Of a DNA stretch of 64,000 bases, positions 45,501 through 55,801 are shown piece by piece. A program made the translations under genes and the position numbers. This DNA is from a virus. Location: the IMG/VR virus record IMGVR_UViG_2974643820_000001; one strand, 5' to 3'. The first letter of the stretch is position 1; each line of letters opens with the position of its first letter. The notes below the pieces were generated by a model. That model saw nothing but the letters and a program-made list of their open reading frames with translations. It was not told where the DNA came from and did no database searches.

Positions 45501-47340
45501 CGACTACCCTGACTGGTGAGCAGATCGTTGAAACGCAGGTTATCCCATACATGCGCAAAACGAACATCAACTTTGAAGCCACAGGCCTGCGTCCGTTTAC
45601 TCGCGTGTATCCGTTCTTCTCCGGTCGCGATGTCAGCCCGTACTGTACTCCAAACGGCGGGGCACTGGGCGGCGCGTTGAATACTGACGCCAACGGTAAC
45701 ATCAAAGGTGTGTTTGCAGTTCCTCAGAACGAGACTATCAAGTTCAACACGGGCGACAACGTCTTCCGTCTGACCGACAGTCCTGTGGACAGCAAGTCTG
45801 CTGATGATACCCTGACCAATGCCGAGGCCGTTCACAAATCCTTCGGTAAGAAACAAGGCATTCAGAAGACCTATGTCAACACTCGTGTGCTGGGCTACAC
45901 TGCGACCAAGTCTACAGAGAACAAGACCGAGACGGTTGAAGTTGCGAAGTGGAAAGACCCGATTGCTCAATCCTTCATGGTTGCTACCAACATCGGCGGC
46001 GAATACATTGAAGGTATTGAAGTGTTCTTCTCCACCAAGTCCCGCGATATCCCGATCACTCTGGAAATCCGTGAGATGAGCAATGGTCTGCCAGCGACGA
46101 CTGTGGTCACTCGTAAGACTTTGAACCCATCAGAAGTTTCCGTCTCTACAGACTCTTCTGTACCAACGATGTTCAAGTTTGATTATCCTGTGTATCTGCA
46201 GGCACAGACTGAGTTCGCGATCGTACTCCTGGCCAACACCCAAGATTACAATGCGTACATCGCGGAGATGGGTAAGAAGAACTTGCTGACCAACGAGTTC
46301 ATTGCCAAGCAGCCGTACACTGGCGTGTTCTTCACATCTTCAAACGGTACGACCTGGACTCCGAACCAGACTGCGGATATGAAGTTCCGTGTATATCGCT
46401 GCAACTTCGGTGCTGGTGATAACATCGTGACCTTCGATGCCAAAGTCGGTCCGAAGACTCGTCCTCTGGGTCTTAATGCTGTGAATTGCGTCAATGGTTC
46501 TTCAACTGTTACTGTGTACGCTCCAGGGCATGGCCTGACTGCGGGTGAAAGCGTGACATTGTCCGACCTGACGGGCGGCTGCGGGTTTACTCCAGAGCAG
46601 CTGAACATCCAGCATACTGTGACAGACGCGACGTTCACGACGTTCAAAGTGGTGCTGAGTTCTAGCGCAGACTCTGACGGCCAGATCGGCGGTGAGACGG
46701 CTTCTTTCTTGGGCAACTACTTGGTTGACATGTTCTATGCAAGTGTGACCAATTCAGCTCTGGAAGGTTCTGTGTTGAAACTGGAATACCGCTACCGCGA
46801 TGCGACCTCCAACTCATTCTCTGATTGGGCTGAGTTCGAATCCGATACGGACGTACCGCTGCCGACGGAAGGCATCTATCGTCAGGTGGGTGATTTCCAG
46901 GTGCGGGCAACCATGACTCGCAACGAAAGCAACGTGTACACGGCTCCGATGATCGACGGTGATGACTTCACTATCATCTTCAACACCTACGGTGTGGATC
47001 CGTTCGAAGACGTGTTCAGCTACGTGACCAAGGATATCGGCTTCGATAACCCTTGCACCACACTGAAGCAGTACTTCGGCGCGATGCTGCCTTCTCAGTC
47101 TTCAATGACTGTGCAGGTCAAACTGTTGCGTGCAGGTCAGGAGATGGACAATGTAGCATGGGAAACCGTGACACCGACGTCCCTCTGGTTAACGACGGTT
47201 CGACGTTCTTTGAATACGAATATGACAAGACCGTGGACAGCACCAACCCGTTTGTTGGCCTGAAGATCCGCCTGCTGGTGAGAGGCAACCGTACAGCGCC
47301 GCCATCATTCAAAGATTTCCGTTTGATTGCTCTGGCATAA
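42503..47340 (+). CDS. vrlC: VrlC-like large baseplate protein, ~1612 aa; 1-nt deletion at 47181-47183
   Basis: LNRRPYWDD...VQTRELNQMQ N-terminus; one extra C restores TPTSPLVNDGSTFFEYEY...PPSFKDFRLIALA. Confidence 0.88.
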
Positions 47341-47391
47341 GTAGTATTACCAAGGCGGGGGCAACCCCGCCCAACAACAGAGGATATTATC

Positions 47392-47643
47392 ATGCGTGGT
47401 GTAAAAGTACAGGGGCATGCATCGATGATGAGAAGTAGCTCTTGCCCTGGGGCTATCATCTGCACCGACAGTGCTGCTGGTTTAGCGGCTCTGAACGCCC
47501 GTCGTAATCAGGAAGAAAAGGACAGGACTATTGCAGCGCAGGCAGCGCAAATCGATCAACTGACAGCGACGGTACAACTCATGGCGGAGCACCTCGGGAT
47601 CGAAATCCCTACAGGAGGCCAAGATGACAACGTCGACGAATAA
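47392..47643 (+). CDS. hypothetical late protein, 83 aa
   Basis: GAGGA RBS; coiled-coil C-terminus. Confidence 0.8.
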   Translation: MRGVKVQGHASMMRSSSCPGAIICTDSAAGLAALNARRNQEEKDRTIAAQAAQIDQLTATVQLMAEHLGIEIPTGGQDDNVDE

Positions 47644-47962
47644 TATCATTGATGTGAAAGCCATCCTCACAGGAGTGCTGACAGCAGCGATAGTCTCTGT
47701 CGGCTCTGTTGTTTGGATGATGGGCAAATTTGAGAACCGTCTTGATGTGGTTGAGCGTGACTCCAACAAGGTCGACCAAATCCTCACCAAGGTGAACGAT
47801 ATGAGTGAGAAGATTGCCGTGTTGAACACAGACGTCAACTACGTCAAGCAGAACGTTGCTGAGCTAAAACTCAATAGCAGCAGTCTGTCCGACGACGTTC
47901 GCACCCTGCGTATCACCGTCGCCGATCTCCAGAGCAACAAGGGGAACGTCAATGGCCGTTAA
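47624..47962 (+). CDS. TM plus coiled-coil protein, 112 aa
   Basis: AGGAGG RBS; one N-terminal TM helix then heptad repeats. Confidence 0.8.
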   Translation: MTTSTNNIIDVKAILTGVLTAAIVSVGSVVWMMGKFENRLDVVERDSNKVDQILTKVNDMSEKIAVLNTDVNYVKQNVAELKLNSSSLSDDVRTLRITVADLQSNKGNVNGR

Positions 47963-48704
47963 TTCTATTGTCGACCGCAAAGGCTTTATGAATTATATCC
48001 TCAAGAAATTGGGGGCACCTGTAATTCAGATCAACCTTGACCCAACACAGGTATCGGATGCTGTGGACGACGCTCTACAGAAGTTCTGGGAGTATCATCG
48101 TGATGGCAGCCAAGACGCATTCTTTGTTCACCAGGTGACCGAAGAAACTATCACCAATGGTTACATCGAATTCCCCAAAGACATCGACGACGTGGTTGAA
48201 GTCATCGTCGGACCTCCGATTGAATCGATCGGTAACTGGGCAACCCCTCAATGGCAAATGGCCCAGGCCATGTTGGTTCCAAAGGCCGCCCTCGTGTCCA
48301 TCCGTCTGATTGACTACGTGTCTATGCAGCAGCGCCTGTCTGACATCACCAGTGTACTGAACGTGAAGCGCACCTTCGTGTACAAGAAATTCCAGCGTAA
48401 ACTCTACCCACAATTCGCCCTGACAAAGGACGAGGCTTTGGCGTTCAAATGTTATCAGAACATCGATCCAGAGGTAGAAGGGAACGAAGAAGCGTGGAAT
48501 GACATGTGGCTGAAGGCATATGCGACTGCGTTGGTCAAGCGCCGCTGGGCTGAAGTGCTCAAGAAGGCAAGAGGCATCCGTCTCCCAGGCGGTATCGAGC
48601 TGGATGGTGATACTATGTTCAGTGAAGCCGAAAGCGAGATTGAGCGTTTAGAGGAAGAACTGCGTACTGGTCAGCAGTACCCGATTGACTTCTTTATGGG
48701 ATAA
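47952..48704 (+). CDS. gp13: neck protein gp13
   Basis: YILKKLGAPVIQIN; WLKAYATALVKRRW; LPGGIELDG motifs. Confidence 0.92.
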   Translation: MAVNSIVDRKGFMNYILKKLGAPVIQINLDPTQVSDAVDDALQKFWEYHRDGSQDAFFVHQVTEETITNGYIEFPKDIDDVVEVIVGPPIESIGNWATPQWQMAQAMLVPKAALVSIRLIDYVSMQQRLSDITSVLNVKRTFVYKKFQRKLYPQFALTKDEALAFKCYQNIDPEVEGNEEAWNDMWLKAYATALVKRRWAEVLKKARGIRLPGGIELDGDTMFSEAESEIERLEEELRTGQQYPIDFFMG

Positions 48705-48731
48705 GGAAAGGCGGGATTACCCGCCCTTCTT

Positions 48732-48944
48732 TTAGATTTTCAAATCCAGATTTCCATTACCGCTACCACGCAGCAGGCCGTCTTCGGTCTTGTCGTTGGA
48801 GTTCCACCACTCAATGAAGTCTGTGCCATCCACTTCCTTCACCAGACCGACAATGTCGTAATCACCGCCTCCAATCTTGGCGTCCACACAGATGATTCGG
48901 ACGCGACGACCGCTTCGAACTTCTTTGATGTCTTCCACTTGCAT
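48732..48944 (-). CDS. hypothetical protein, 70 aa, antisense within the structural operon
   Basis: GAGGA RBS; convergent on the gp13 terminator. Confidence 0.7.
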   Translation of the reverse strand: MQVEDIKEVRSGRRVRIICVDAKIGGGDYDIVGLVKEVDGTDFIEWWNSNDKTEDGLLRGSGNGNLDLKI

Positions 48945-48973
48945 GAGCTATTCCTCAAAAGAATAAACTTCGA

Positions 48974-49000
48974 CTAAATACCTTCAAAATTGAGGGTATT
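48974..49000 (+). promoter_or_regulatory. late promoter CTAAATACC with RBS-sequestering hairpin
   Basis: AATACCTTCA/TGAGGGTATT. Confidence 0.7.
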
Positions 49001-49003
49001 GAT

Positions 49004-49654
49004 ATGGCCACTTCAAAATATTTCAACTACACCGGACACAACGGCACACAGAAGCTGATTGATGACCTCGTGCAGGAAATGATCGAGTTGCGTGGGATAG
49101 ACGTCAAGTATATACCACGTTCCATCGTTGAAAAATTTCCCATCACCAACGATGCTAACCATCGATTCGACCAAGCGTTCGACATCGAAGTTTACATGCA
49201 GGATTACCAGGGCTTCAACACCCAGATGTGGGAGAAGTTCGGGGGCATTAGTCTACAGGATGAGGTGACGTTCACCATATCCCGTCGTCGTTTTTCTGAA
49301 GTAATCGCCAATGGTGTTGGCCTGGAGCAACAGCCTCAGGAAGGTGACCTGATCTATCTACCATTGGCGAACAAGATCTTCAAGGTCAACAACCCGAACA
49401 ACGATGAAGACTTCATGCAATTTGGCAAATGGTATACGTTCTCTCTGCCATGCACGTTGTTCCAGTACGGCAACGAAAACTTCGACACAGGCGTTCCAGA
49501 GATCGACGATATCGACAAGCGCCTGTCCATCTTGGACGAAGAGAACGAACCGGATGTGTACAAAGATTCTTCTCTGCAGACCGACAATGCTCTGGCGGAT
49601 GTGCTTGAGCAGGGGCTTGCAGTAGACAAGATGAAGATCGACTTTGGAGAATAA
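49004..49654 (+). CDS. gp14: neck protein gp14
   Basis: GIDVKYIPR; PQEGDLIYLPL; FMQFGK motifs. Confidence 0.92.
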   Translation: MATSKYFNYTGHNGTQKLIDDLVQEMIELRGIDVKYIPRSIVEKFPITNDANHRFDQAFDIEVYMQDYQGFNTQMWEKFGGISLQDEVTFTISRRRFSEVIANGVGLEQQPQEGDLIYLPLANKIFKVNNPNNDEDFMQFGKWYTFSLPCTLFQYGNENFDTGVPEIDDIDKRLSILDEENEPDVYKDSSLQTDNALADVLEQGLAVDKMKIDFGE

Positions 49655-49656
49655 TC

Positions 49657-50352
49657 ATGGCCAGACCATTTGAAAATTACTTCTACCATGAGTCGCTGCT
49701 GAAATACATCAATCTGTTCGCCACCATCATGTCTGATCTGAAGGTGGACACAGAGCGCGGTCTTATGGAAGTCCCGTTACACATGGCCATCGGGCGACGC
49801 AATGACCTCAATCGCAACGTGCCGTCCAATATGTTGCCGTTTGCGACGTTCAGCTTTGGGCAATTTGAACCGAATAAGAACGTGACGAAGTCATTCCACA
49901 ACCGCCAGAGCACCCAGACAGCAGGGGCGAAGCAACGCATCCCCATCAATATCGATTTTGAGTACAACATTCGGACGAAGAAATTGATCGAGATGCTTCA
50001 GGTGTTGGAACAGATCTATTCTGTGTTCACGCCATCTCTGGACTGCGCTATCAAGGACAACGATACACTACAGCAAGACCAGAAGATCAAGCTGCAGCTG
50101 ACAGGTCACCAGATGTCCGACAACTGGGAGGGAGACGCTTCCGAATCACCACATGTTGATTGCACTTTCACCTTCGTGGTCAGTGGGTTCATCTATGGAT
50201 ACGACTATTGGGTGGACAACGGCGGCGGTGGGGATCCTAACGGGATCAAAGAGATAATTATCGAAATGTCTAATGATTTGAAAACGCCGTGGTCGGAACT
50301 GCCAGAGTGGTTCCGCGTCGATAAAGACGGTGTACATCATCCTGGAGATTGA
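49657..50352 (+). CDS. gp15: tail sheath stabiliser/terminator gp15
   Basis: FYHESLLKYINLFATIMSDLKV; IPINIDFEYNI; position in block. Confidence 0.88.
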   Translation: MARPFENYFYHESLLKYINLFATIMSDLKVDTERGLMEVPLHMAIGRRNDLNRNVPSNMLPFATFSFGQFEPNKNVTKSFHNRQSTQTAGAKQRIPINIDFEYNIRTKKLIEMLQVLEQIYSVFTPSLDCAIKDNDTLQQDQKIKLQLTGHQMSDNWEGDASESPHVDCTFTFVVSGFIYGYDYWVDNGGGGDPNGIKEIIIEMSNDLKTPWSELPEWFRVDKDGVHHPGD

Positions 50353-50354
50353 TT

Positions 50355-51050
50355 ATGAGTGCTATGTCAGAACGCCTATTGTCCACCCTCGGTGCTATCC
50401 AAGCGCGGGATGAGGTCGCTCAGGAAGTGATGGAGAAGACCGCGCCTGTGGCTGGGAAAGATTATGATCCAGATACTGGAGTGTGGTTGGGTGAAAAGCC
50501 TGCAGGGTATGAGCCTGTGGTGTTCCCTCCTTCTCTGGACCCAGAAGAGCTGAAGTCCAAGGATTCCAAAGTCCCAGACTTTGACGACACGGACGCCACC
50601 ACGGATTACAAACGCATCCGCGACACGACTTACGCCATGCAGGAAGCCACGATGTTCATGATGGGACAGGCGGCCAAACTCGCGACGACCACAGAAGCGC
50701 CTCGGGCGTTTACAGTCTTCAAGGAGTTGGGTGAACTCATGCGCGGCCTGAACAAAGACTTGATGGAGAACCAGAAGACCATCAAGGCAGTTACAGGCGA
50801 CAAAGAGCCTCCAACAGATGACACGACTGTCGAGGTCACAACATCTCCAGATGGTGCAACCAAGGTTACAGTCGGGAAACAGGCGCGTTCTTCTCGAGAT
50901 CTACTCAAGACAATCGAGGATGCCAAGAAGCGTGCTGACGAGCGTACTCAGTCCAAGGTTAAGCCGAACGAAGAAGTGATAGACGTTCAGGCTGAACAAC
51001 CTGTGGAACCGAAGGATGAAGGTGAAGACAATGGCGTATCAGAAGCGTGA
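50355..51050 (+). CDS. gp16: terminase small subunit gp16
   Basis: EAPRAFTVFKEL motif; directly before TerL. Confidence 0.85.
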   Translation: MSAMSERLLSTLGAIQARDEVAQEVMEKTAPVAGKDYDPDTGVWLGEKPAGYEPVVFPPSLDPEELKSKDSKVPDFDDTDATTDYKRIRDTTYAMQEATMFMMGQAAKLATTTEAPRAFTVFKELGELMRGLNKDLMENQKTIKAVTGDKEPPTDDTTVEVTTSPDGATKVTVGKQARSSRDLLKTIEDAKKRADERTQSKVKPNEEVIDVQAEQPVEPKDEGEDNGVSEA

Positions 51051-53241
51051 TATAGAATATGCCCCGCTCAAGACGGGGTTCAAGATAGAAGACGTCAAAT
51101 TGCGTATGGACCAAACGTTCATGCGCAAGCCGTCTGTGCGCGCCCCTCGTGTCCAGTTGATGTTGACAGATGAGCAGGAAGATGAATTCGTCGAATGCGC
51201 GATGGATGCCCATTACTTCGCTGCCAACTACTACAAGATCACGACTATCGATAAAGGCTTCATCCTATTCGATATGCACGACTATCAGAAGCAGTTGTTC
51301 CATGACTTCCAGGATCACCGCTTCAACGCCGTTGTCCAGGCACGTCAGTCAGGTAAATGTGTGAAGGGTGACAGCATCGTCGAGGTCTACGACACAGTCA
51401 GCCAAGAAGAGTTTAAAGTCACCATCGAGGAGCTTCACAGCCGCTTCGAGGGACCGAACCACGCCGAGCCACTGAACGCCTTTGGCAAACACGATAAGTT
51501 CGTAGACAGCCGCTTCGGCAAGCGTTATTTCGTTCGCTGTGATATAGGCTGGGTGCCTGTCATCGCCGCGCACAAGACCAAGCAGTATCAGGAATATGTT
51601 GTCGTCACTTCCAGCGGCCGTCGTATCAACGTGGCCGATGATCACATGTTCTTCAATCAGAATATGAAGGAAGTGTTTGCCAAAGATCTGGTTGCTGGTT
51701 CACAGCTGATGACCGAAGAAGGTCTAGAAGAAGTCGTTGAGGTATGGCAGACTGGTGAGATGCACCACATGTATGACCTACAGGTGAAATCCAGCGACCA
51801 GCGCTACTACACCAACGGCTTCCTCAGTCATAACACGACTGTTGTGGCTGCGTTCCTTCTCTGGTATGCGATGTTCCACTCTGACAAAGAGATCGCGGTA
51901 CTGGCGAACAAAGAGAAGCAGGCGATTGAAATCCTTGACCGTATTCGTAAGGCGTATCAGGATTTGCCATTCTTCATCCAGCAGGGCTGTGAGAAGTTCG
52001 GCTCCACGCTCATCGAATTCGAGAACGGCTCGAAGATATACGCCTATGCAACATCTTCTGACTCCATCCGTGGTCGATCTGTATCGCTCCTGTATGTGGA
52101 CGAAGTGGCGTTCATCGAAAACGACTTTGAATTCTGGGAGTCAACATTCCCTGCGATTGCATCTGCAGAGACTTCACGTTGTATCCTGACCAGTACACCG
52201 AAAGGCCAGCGCGGGTTGTTCTACGACATCGTCACCAAGGCGAACCCAGAACATCCTCAGTACAACGACTTCAATCTCACAGAGGTTCCATGGTATCGTG
52301 TGCCAACATACACCAAGGATCCAAACTGGGAATCCAAGCAGAGGGCGAAGCTGGGCGATGCACGTTTCGATCAGGAATTTGGCATCAAGTTCCGTGGGTC
52401 GGTCGGTTCACTTATCCCGGCCAAGTGCCTGGACAAGATGACCTCGAAGCTGTATCAGGAGCCGAACGAGTTCACCAAGATCTATCACGACTACGATCCG
52501 AAGCGAATCTATATGGGTATCGCAGATACAGGCAAGGGCGTCGAGGGGGATTATTCTGTGCTGACCATTATCGACATCACAGACTATCCTCACAAGATCG
52601 CAGCCAAGTATCGAAACAACACGATACCTCCAATGATGTATGCGTACACAATCGCCGATATGGGCGAGAAGTATGGGACGTGTCCAATGTTGGTAGAAAC
52701 CAACAACGACGTGGGTGGACAGGTAATCACAATTCTATATCAGGAAATTGAATATCCAGAGATCATCTTCACCACAACAGATGCGAAGGGTACTGGTAAG
52801 CGAATCGGCGGTAGGCGGCCTGAACCTGGTATCAACACCAACAAGAAGGTGCGCACAAACGGCTGTGCCAACCTGAAAGCCCTGATCGAAAGGGAGATGC
52901 TGGTTGTTGACGATCAAGACACGATAGATGAACTCAGTACATTCGTATGGACTGGGACAAGGTATGAAGCCGATGATGGTTGTCATGATGACTGTGTAAT
53001 GCCTCTTGTGCTGTATGCATGGGCGGTGAAACAAGAATGGTTTAGTGACCTCACCAATTCCAGTATCTCAGTCGACATGAGAGGCCGCTTGTCTGCGATG
53101 GAAGAATCGCAGATGATGCCTTTCGGTGGTGTGTTGTCGGCTCCTGATCCGTTCTCTGTGGAGAGTGTGCCAGGATTTGGTGGCGTGCAGGTTTATGACG
53201 AACGTTCTGGCATGTCCATGGAAGAATGGCTGAGACGGTGA
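51031..53241 (+). CDS. gp17: terminase large subunit gp17 with intein, 736 aa
   Basis: ARQSGK|T Walker A; LLYVDEVAF Walker B; DDCVM nuclease motif. Confidence 0.95.
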   Translation: MAYQKRDIEYAPLKTGFKIEDVKLRMDQTFMRKPSVRAPRVQLMLTDEQEDEFVECAMDAHYFAANYYKITTIDKGFILFDMHDYQKQLFHDFQDHRFNAVVQARQSGKCVKGDSIVEVYDTVSQEEFKVTIEELHSRFEGPNHAEPLNAFGKHDKFVDSRFGKRYFVRCDIGWVPVIAAHKTKQYQEYVVVTSSGRRINVADDHMFFNQNMKEVFAKDLVAGSQLMTEEGLEEVVEVWQTGEMHHMYDLQVKSSDQRYYTNGFLSHNTTVVAAFLLWYAMFHSDKEIAVLANKEKQAIEILDRIRKAYQDLPFFIQQGCEKFGSTLIEFENGSKIYAYATSSDSIRGRSVSLLYVDEVAFIENDFEFWESTFPAIASAETSRCILTSTPKGQRGLFYDIVTKANPEHPQYNDFNLTEVPWYRVPTYTKDPNWESKQRAKLGDARFDQEFGIKFRGSVGSLIPAKCLDKMTSKLYQEPNEFTKIYHDYDPKRIYMGIADTGKGVEGDYSVLTIIDITDYPHKIAAKYRNNTIPPMMYAYTIADMGEKYGTCPMLVETNNDVGGQVITILYQEIEYPEIIFTTTDAKGTGKRIGGRRPEPGINTNKKVRTNGCANLKALIEREMLVVDDQDTIDELSTFVWTGTRYEADDGCHDDCVMPLVLYAWAVKQEWFSDLTNSSISVDMRGRLSAMEESQMMPFGGVLSAPDPFSVESVPGFGGVQVYDERSGMSMEEWLRR
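51358..51834 (+). mobile_element. mini-intein, 159 aa, in the TerL Walker A
   Basis: Begins CVKGDS, block B ADDHMF, ends YTNGFLSHN, followed by T; no LAGLIDADG motif. Confidence 0.92.
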
Positions 53242-53244
53242 TCA

Positions 53245-53251
53245 CTAAATA
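53245..53251 (+). promoter_or_regulatory. late promoter CTAAATA
   Basis: Upstream of the sheath gene. Confidence 0.7.
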
Positions 53252-53293
53252 TCTTTCAAATTGAGCGAAACTCTACCGAGAAGGAATAAGATT

Positions 53294-55192
53294 ATGGCAA
53301 CTACAAGCTTCAGCGTTGCGCCGTCCGTACAGTGGACGGAGCGTGATGCCACGCTTCAGACGTCTCCGTCCGTTGTTGTTCAGGGCGCGACTGTTGGTAA
53401 ATTCCAGTGGGGTGAAGTTGAACTCCCTGTGCTGGTTACTGGTGGTGAGACTGGTCTGGTGAAGAAATTCTTCAAACCTAACGATGACACTGCTGTCGAC
53501 TTCCTGGTCGTGGCGGACTTCCTGTCCTATAGTTCTGTGGCATGGGTCACCCGTGTTGTCGGACCTCTGGCCAAGAACTCTGTGACCAAAGGCCAAACGG
53601 CGATCACCATCAAGAACAAATTGGACTTTGAATCAGCAAGCCCATCAGCATCTATCACCTGGACTGGTCGCTACCCTGGTTCTCTGGGTAACGATGTGGC
53701 GGTGAACATTTGTGACGCTGCGTCTTTCTCTACTTGGGAATTCCGCAACAACTTCGCTTATGCTCCGCAGGCTGGTGAATACCACATTGTCGTTCTGGAC
53801 AAAGTAGGTCGCATTACCAACTCTTCTGGTGCTGTTGGTCAGGTTGAGCGTATCTCCCTGTCCGGTACTGCGACCGCTGATGGCAACATCACCGTCGATG
53901 GCGTGGCTTACGACTTCCTGACTGGTGATACAGCGGCCGAGATTGCTGCTCAGCTGGGCACTGATCTGGCGGCTCTGACAAACAAGTTCACCAACGTGGT
54001 AGCCAAGTCCAACACTGTGACTTTCACTCGCGTTGACATCGGTCCACAGACTGCAATTGCTGTTTCTGTTGAAGCCTCCAAAGGCATCACCATCGGCAAC
54101 GTTGTAACCACTGTTGGTACTTCCGGCTCCATCATCGAGAAGTATGAACTGATGCAGCAGACCCAGGGTTCTAAGAAATCCGACGGCGCGAATGCATACT
54201 TCAAAGATGTGATCAACGACACGTCCAACTGGGTGTATGTCTTCACCGATACTCTGGCGGCTGGCGTGACCGAGCTGGAAGGTGGTGTTGACGATTACGA
54301 TGTGAACCGCGTGGCGGCCATCGAAGTTCTGAACAACGCAGAAGCCTACGCCGCCAAACCAGTGTTCGCATACTGTGAAGAACTCATCGAGCAGCAGGCC
54401 ATCATCGATCTGTCCACCGAGCGCAAAGACACCGTGTCCTTCGTTTCTCCACTGCGAGATAACGTTGTTGGCAACCGTGGTCGTGAGATGGATGATGTTG
54501 TGGCCTGGCGTGAAAGCCTGGTGCGCGACTCCTCCTACTTCTTCATGGATGACAACTGGGCGTATGTGTACGACAAGTACAACGACAAGATGCGTTGGAT
54601 CCCTGCTTGTGGCGGTACGGCGGGTGTTTGGGCACGCAGCATTGAGCTGGCTGGTATCTACAAGTCTCCGGCGTTCCATAACCGTGGCAAATACAACAAC
54701 TACAACCGTATGGCGTGGTCTGCGTCTTCTGATGAGCGTGCTGTCCTGTATCGCAACCAGATCAACAGCATCGTTACCTTCTCCACCGAAGGCATCGTGC
54801 TGTATGGCGACAAGACTGGCCTGACCCGCCCATCTGCGTTCGATCGCATCAACGTTCGCGGCCTGTTCATCATGGCAGAACAGAACATCGCTGCAATCGC
54901 CAAATACTACCTTGGTGAAAACAACGATGAGTTCACTCGCAGCCTGTTCAGCAACGCAGTGCGTCCGTATCTGCGCCAGCTGACCAACATGGGTGCGATC
55001 TATGACGGTACTGTCAAGTGTGATGCAGACAACAACACTGCCGATATCATCGCTGCGAACCAGATGGTTGCGGGTATCTGGATGAAACCAGAATACTCTA
55101 TCAACTGGGTGTACCTGGACTTCGCTGCTGTTCGTCCGGATATGGAGTTCAGCGAGATCGAAACGGGTGGTGGCATCGTAGCCGCATCCTGA
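53294..55192 (+). CDS. gp18: tail sheath protein gp18, 632 aa
   Basis: GKFQWG; SPAFHNRG; AFDRINVRGLF motifs. Confidence 0.95.
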   Translation: MATTSFSVAPSVQWTERDATLQTSPSVVVQGATVGKFQWGEVELPVLVTGGETGLVKKFFKPNDDTAVDFLVVADFLSYSSVAWVTRVVGPLAKNSVTKGQTAITIKNKLDFESASPSASITWTGRYPGSLGNDVAVNICDAASFSTWEFRNNFAYAPQAGEYHIVVLDKVGRITNSSGAVGQVERISLSGTATADGNITVDGVAYDFLTGDTAAEIAAQLGTDLAALTNKFTNVVAKSNTVTFTRVDIGPQTAIAVSVEASKGITIGNVVTTVGTSGSIIEKYELMQQTQGSKKSDGANAYFKDVINDTSNWVYVFTDTLAAGVTELEGGVDDYDVNRVAAIEVLNNAEAYAAKPVFAYCEELIEQQAIIDLSTERKDTVSFVSPLRDNVVGNRGREMDDVVAWRESLVRDSSYFFMDDNWAYVYDKYNDKMRWIPACGGTAGVWARSIELAGIYKSPAFHNRGKYNNYNRMAWSASSDERAVLYRNQINSIVTFSTEGIVLYGDKTGLTRPSAFDRINVRGLFIMAEQNIAAIAKYYLGENNDEFTRSLFSNAVRPYLRQLTNMGAIYDGTVKCDADNNTADIIAANQMVAGIWMKPEYSINWVYLDFAAVRPDMEFSEIETGGGIVAAS

Positions 55193-55230
55193 TAAGAAAG
55201 CCCGCTCCGGCGGGCAATTTCTTTGAAGAC

Positions 55231-55237
55231 CTAAATA
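55231..55237 (+). promoter_or_regulatory. late promoter CTAAATA
   Basis: After the sheath terminator, upstream of the tube gene. Confidence 0.7.
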
Positions 55238-55268
55238 GAATTGTGTAACTCTTTTTGGAGAATCTATA

Positions 55269-55801
55269 ATGGCTACAGTTAATGAATTTCGCGCGGCCAT
55301 GTCACGTGGGGCGGCGTACAACGTCAGCACCGCTGGCGTGTGACCGTCAACTTCCCAGCTTTCGTAGCAGGTTCGGACACCATTCGTGACGTGTCCCTGT
55401 TGGCTGTAACGACCAACACCCCTACTGGTCAGCTGGGCGAGATCCTTGTGCCTTGGGGTGGTCGTGAACTTCCATTCCCTGGTGACCGTCGCTTCGAAGC
55501 ACTGCCTATCACATTCATCAACGTGGTAGAGAACGGACCATACAATGCCTTTGAGGTCTGGCAGCAGTACATCAACGGTAGCAACAACAACCGTGCAAGC
55601 GCGAACGCTGACGACTACTTCCGTGACGTGATCATGGAGTTGCTGGACGCGAACGACAACGTCACCAAGACCTGGACTCTGCAGGGGACCTGGCCTCAGA
55701 ACCTCGGTCAGCTGGAACTGGATATGTCCGCGATGGACTCATATACTCAGTTCACTGTTGATTTGCGCTACTTCCAAGCCATCTCTGACCGATCTCTCTA
55801 A
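55269..55801 (+). CDS. gp19: tail tube protein gp19, 177 aa; 1-nt deletion at 55308-55311
   Basis: One extra G restores MATVNEFRAAMSRGGGVQRQHRWRVTVNFP, joining the track ORF. Confidence 0.92.

Noticed and set aside
47175-47190. Programmed -1 frameshifting at the broken genes (VrlC, tail tube, NT5C, ART)
   Set aside because: No X XXY YYZ slippery heptamers or shared stimulators; all breaks are at short G/C runs, which fits sequencing error better
53645-55330. Long antisense ORFs over structural genes (561 aa here; also 45044-45970, 58681-59409, 9725-10531)
   Set aside because: Shadow frames from biased codon usage on the coding strand; no RBS or motifs
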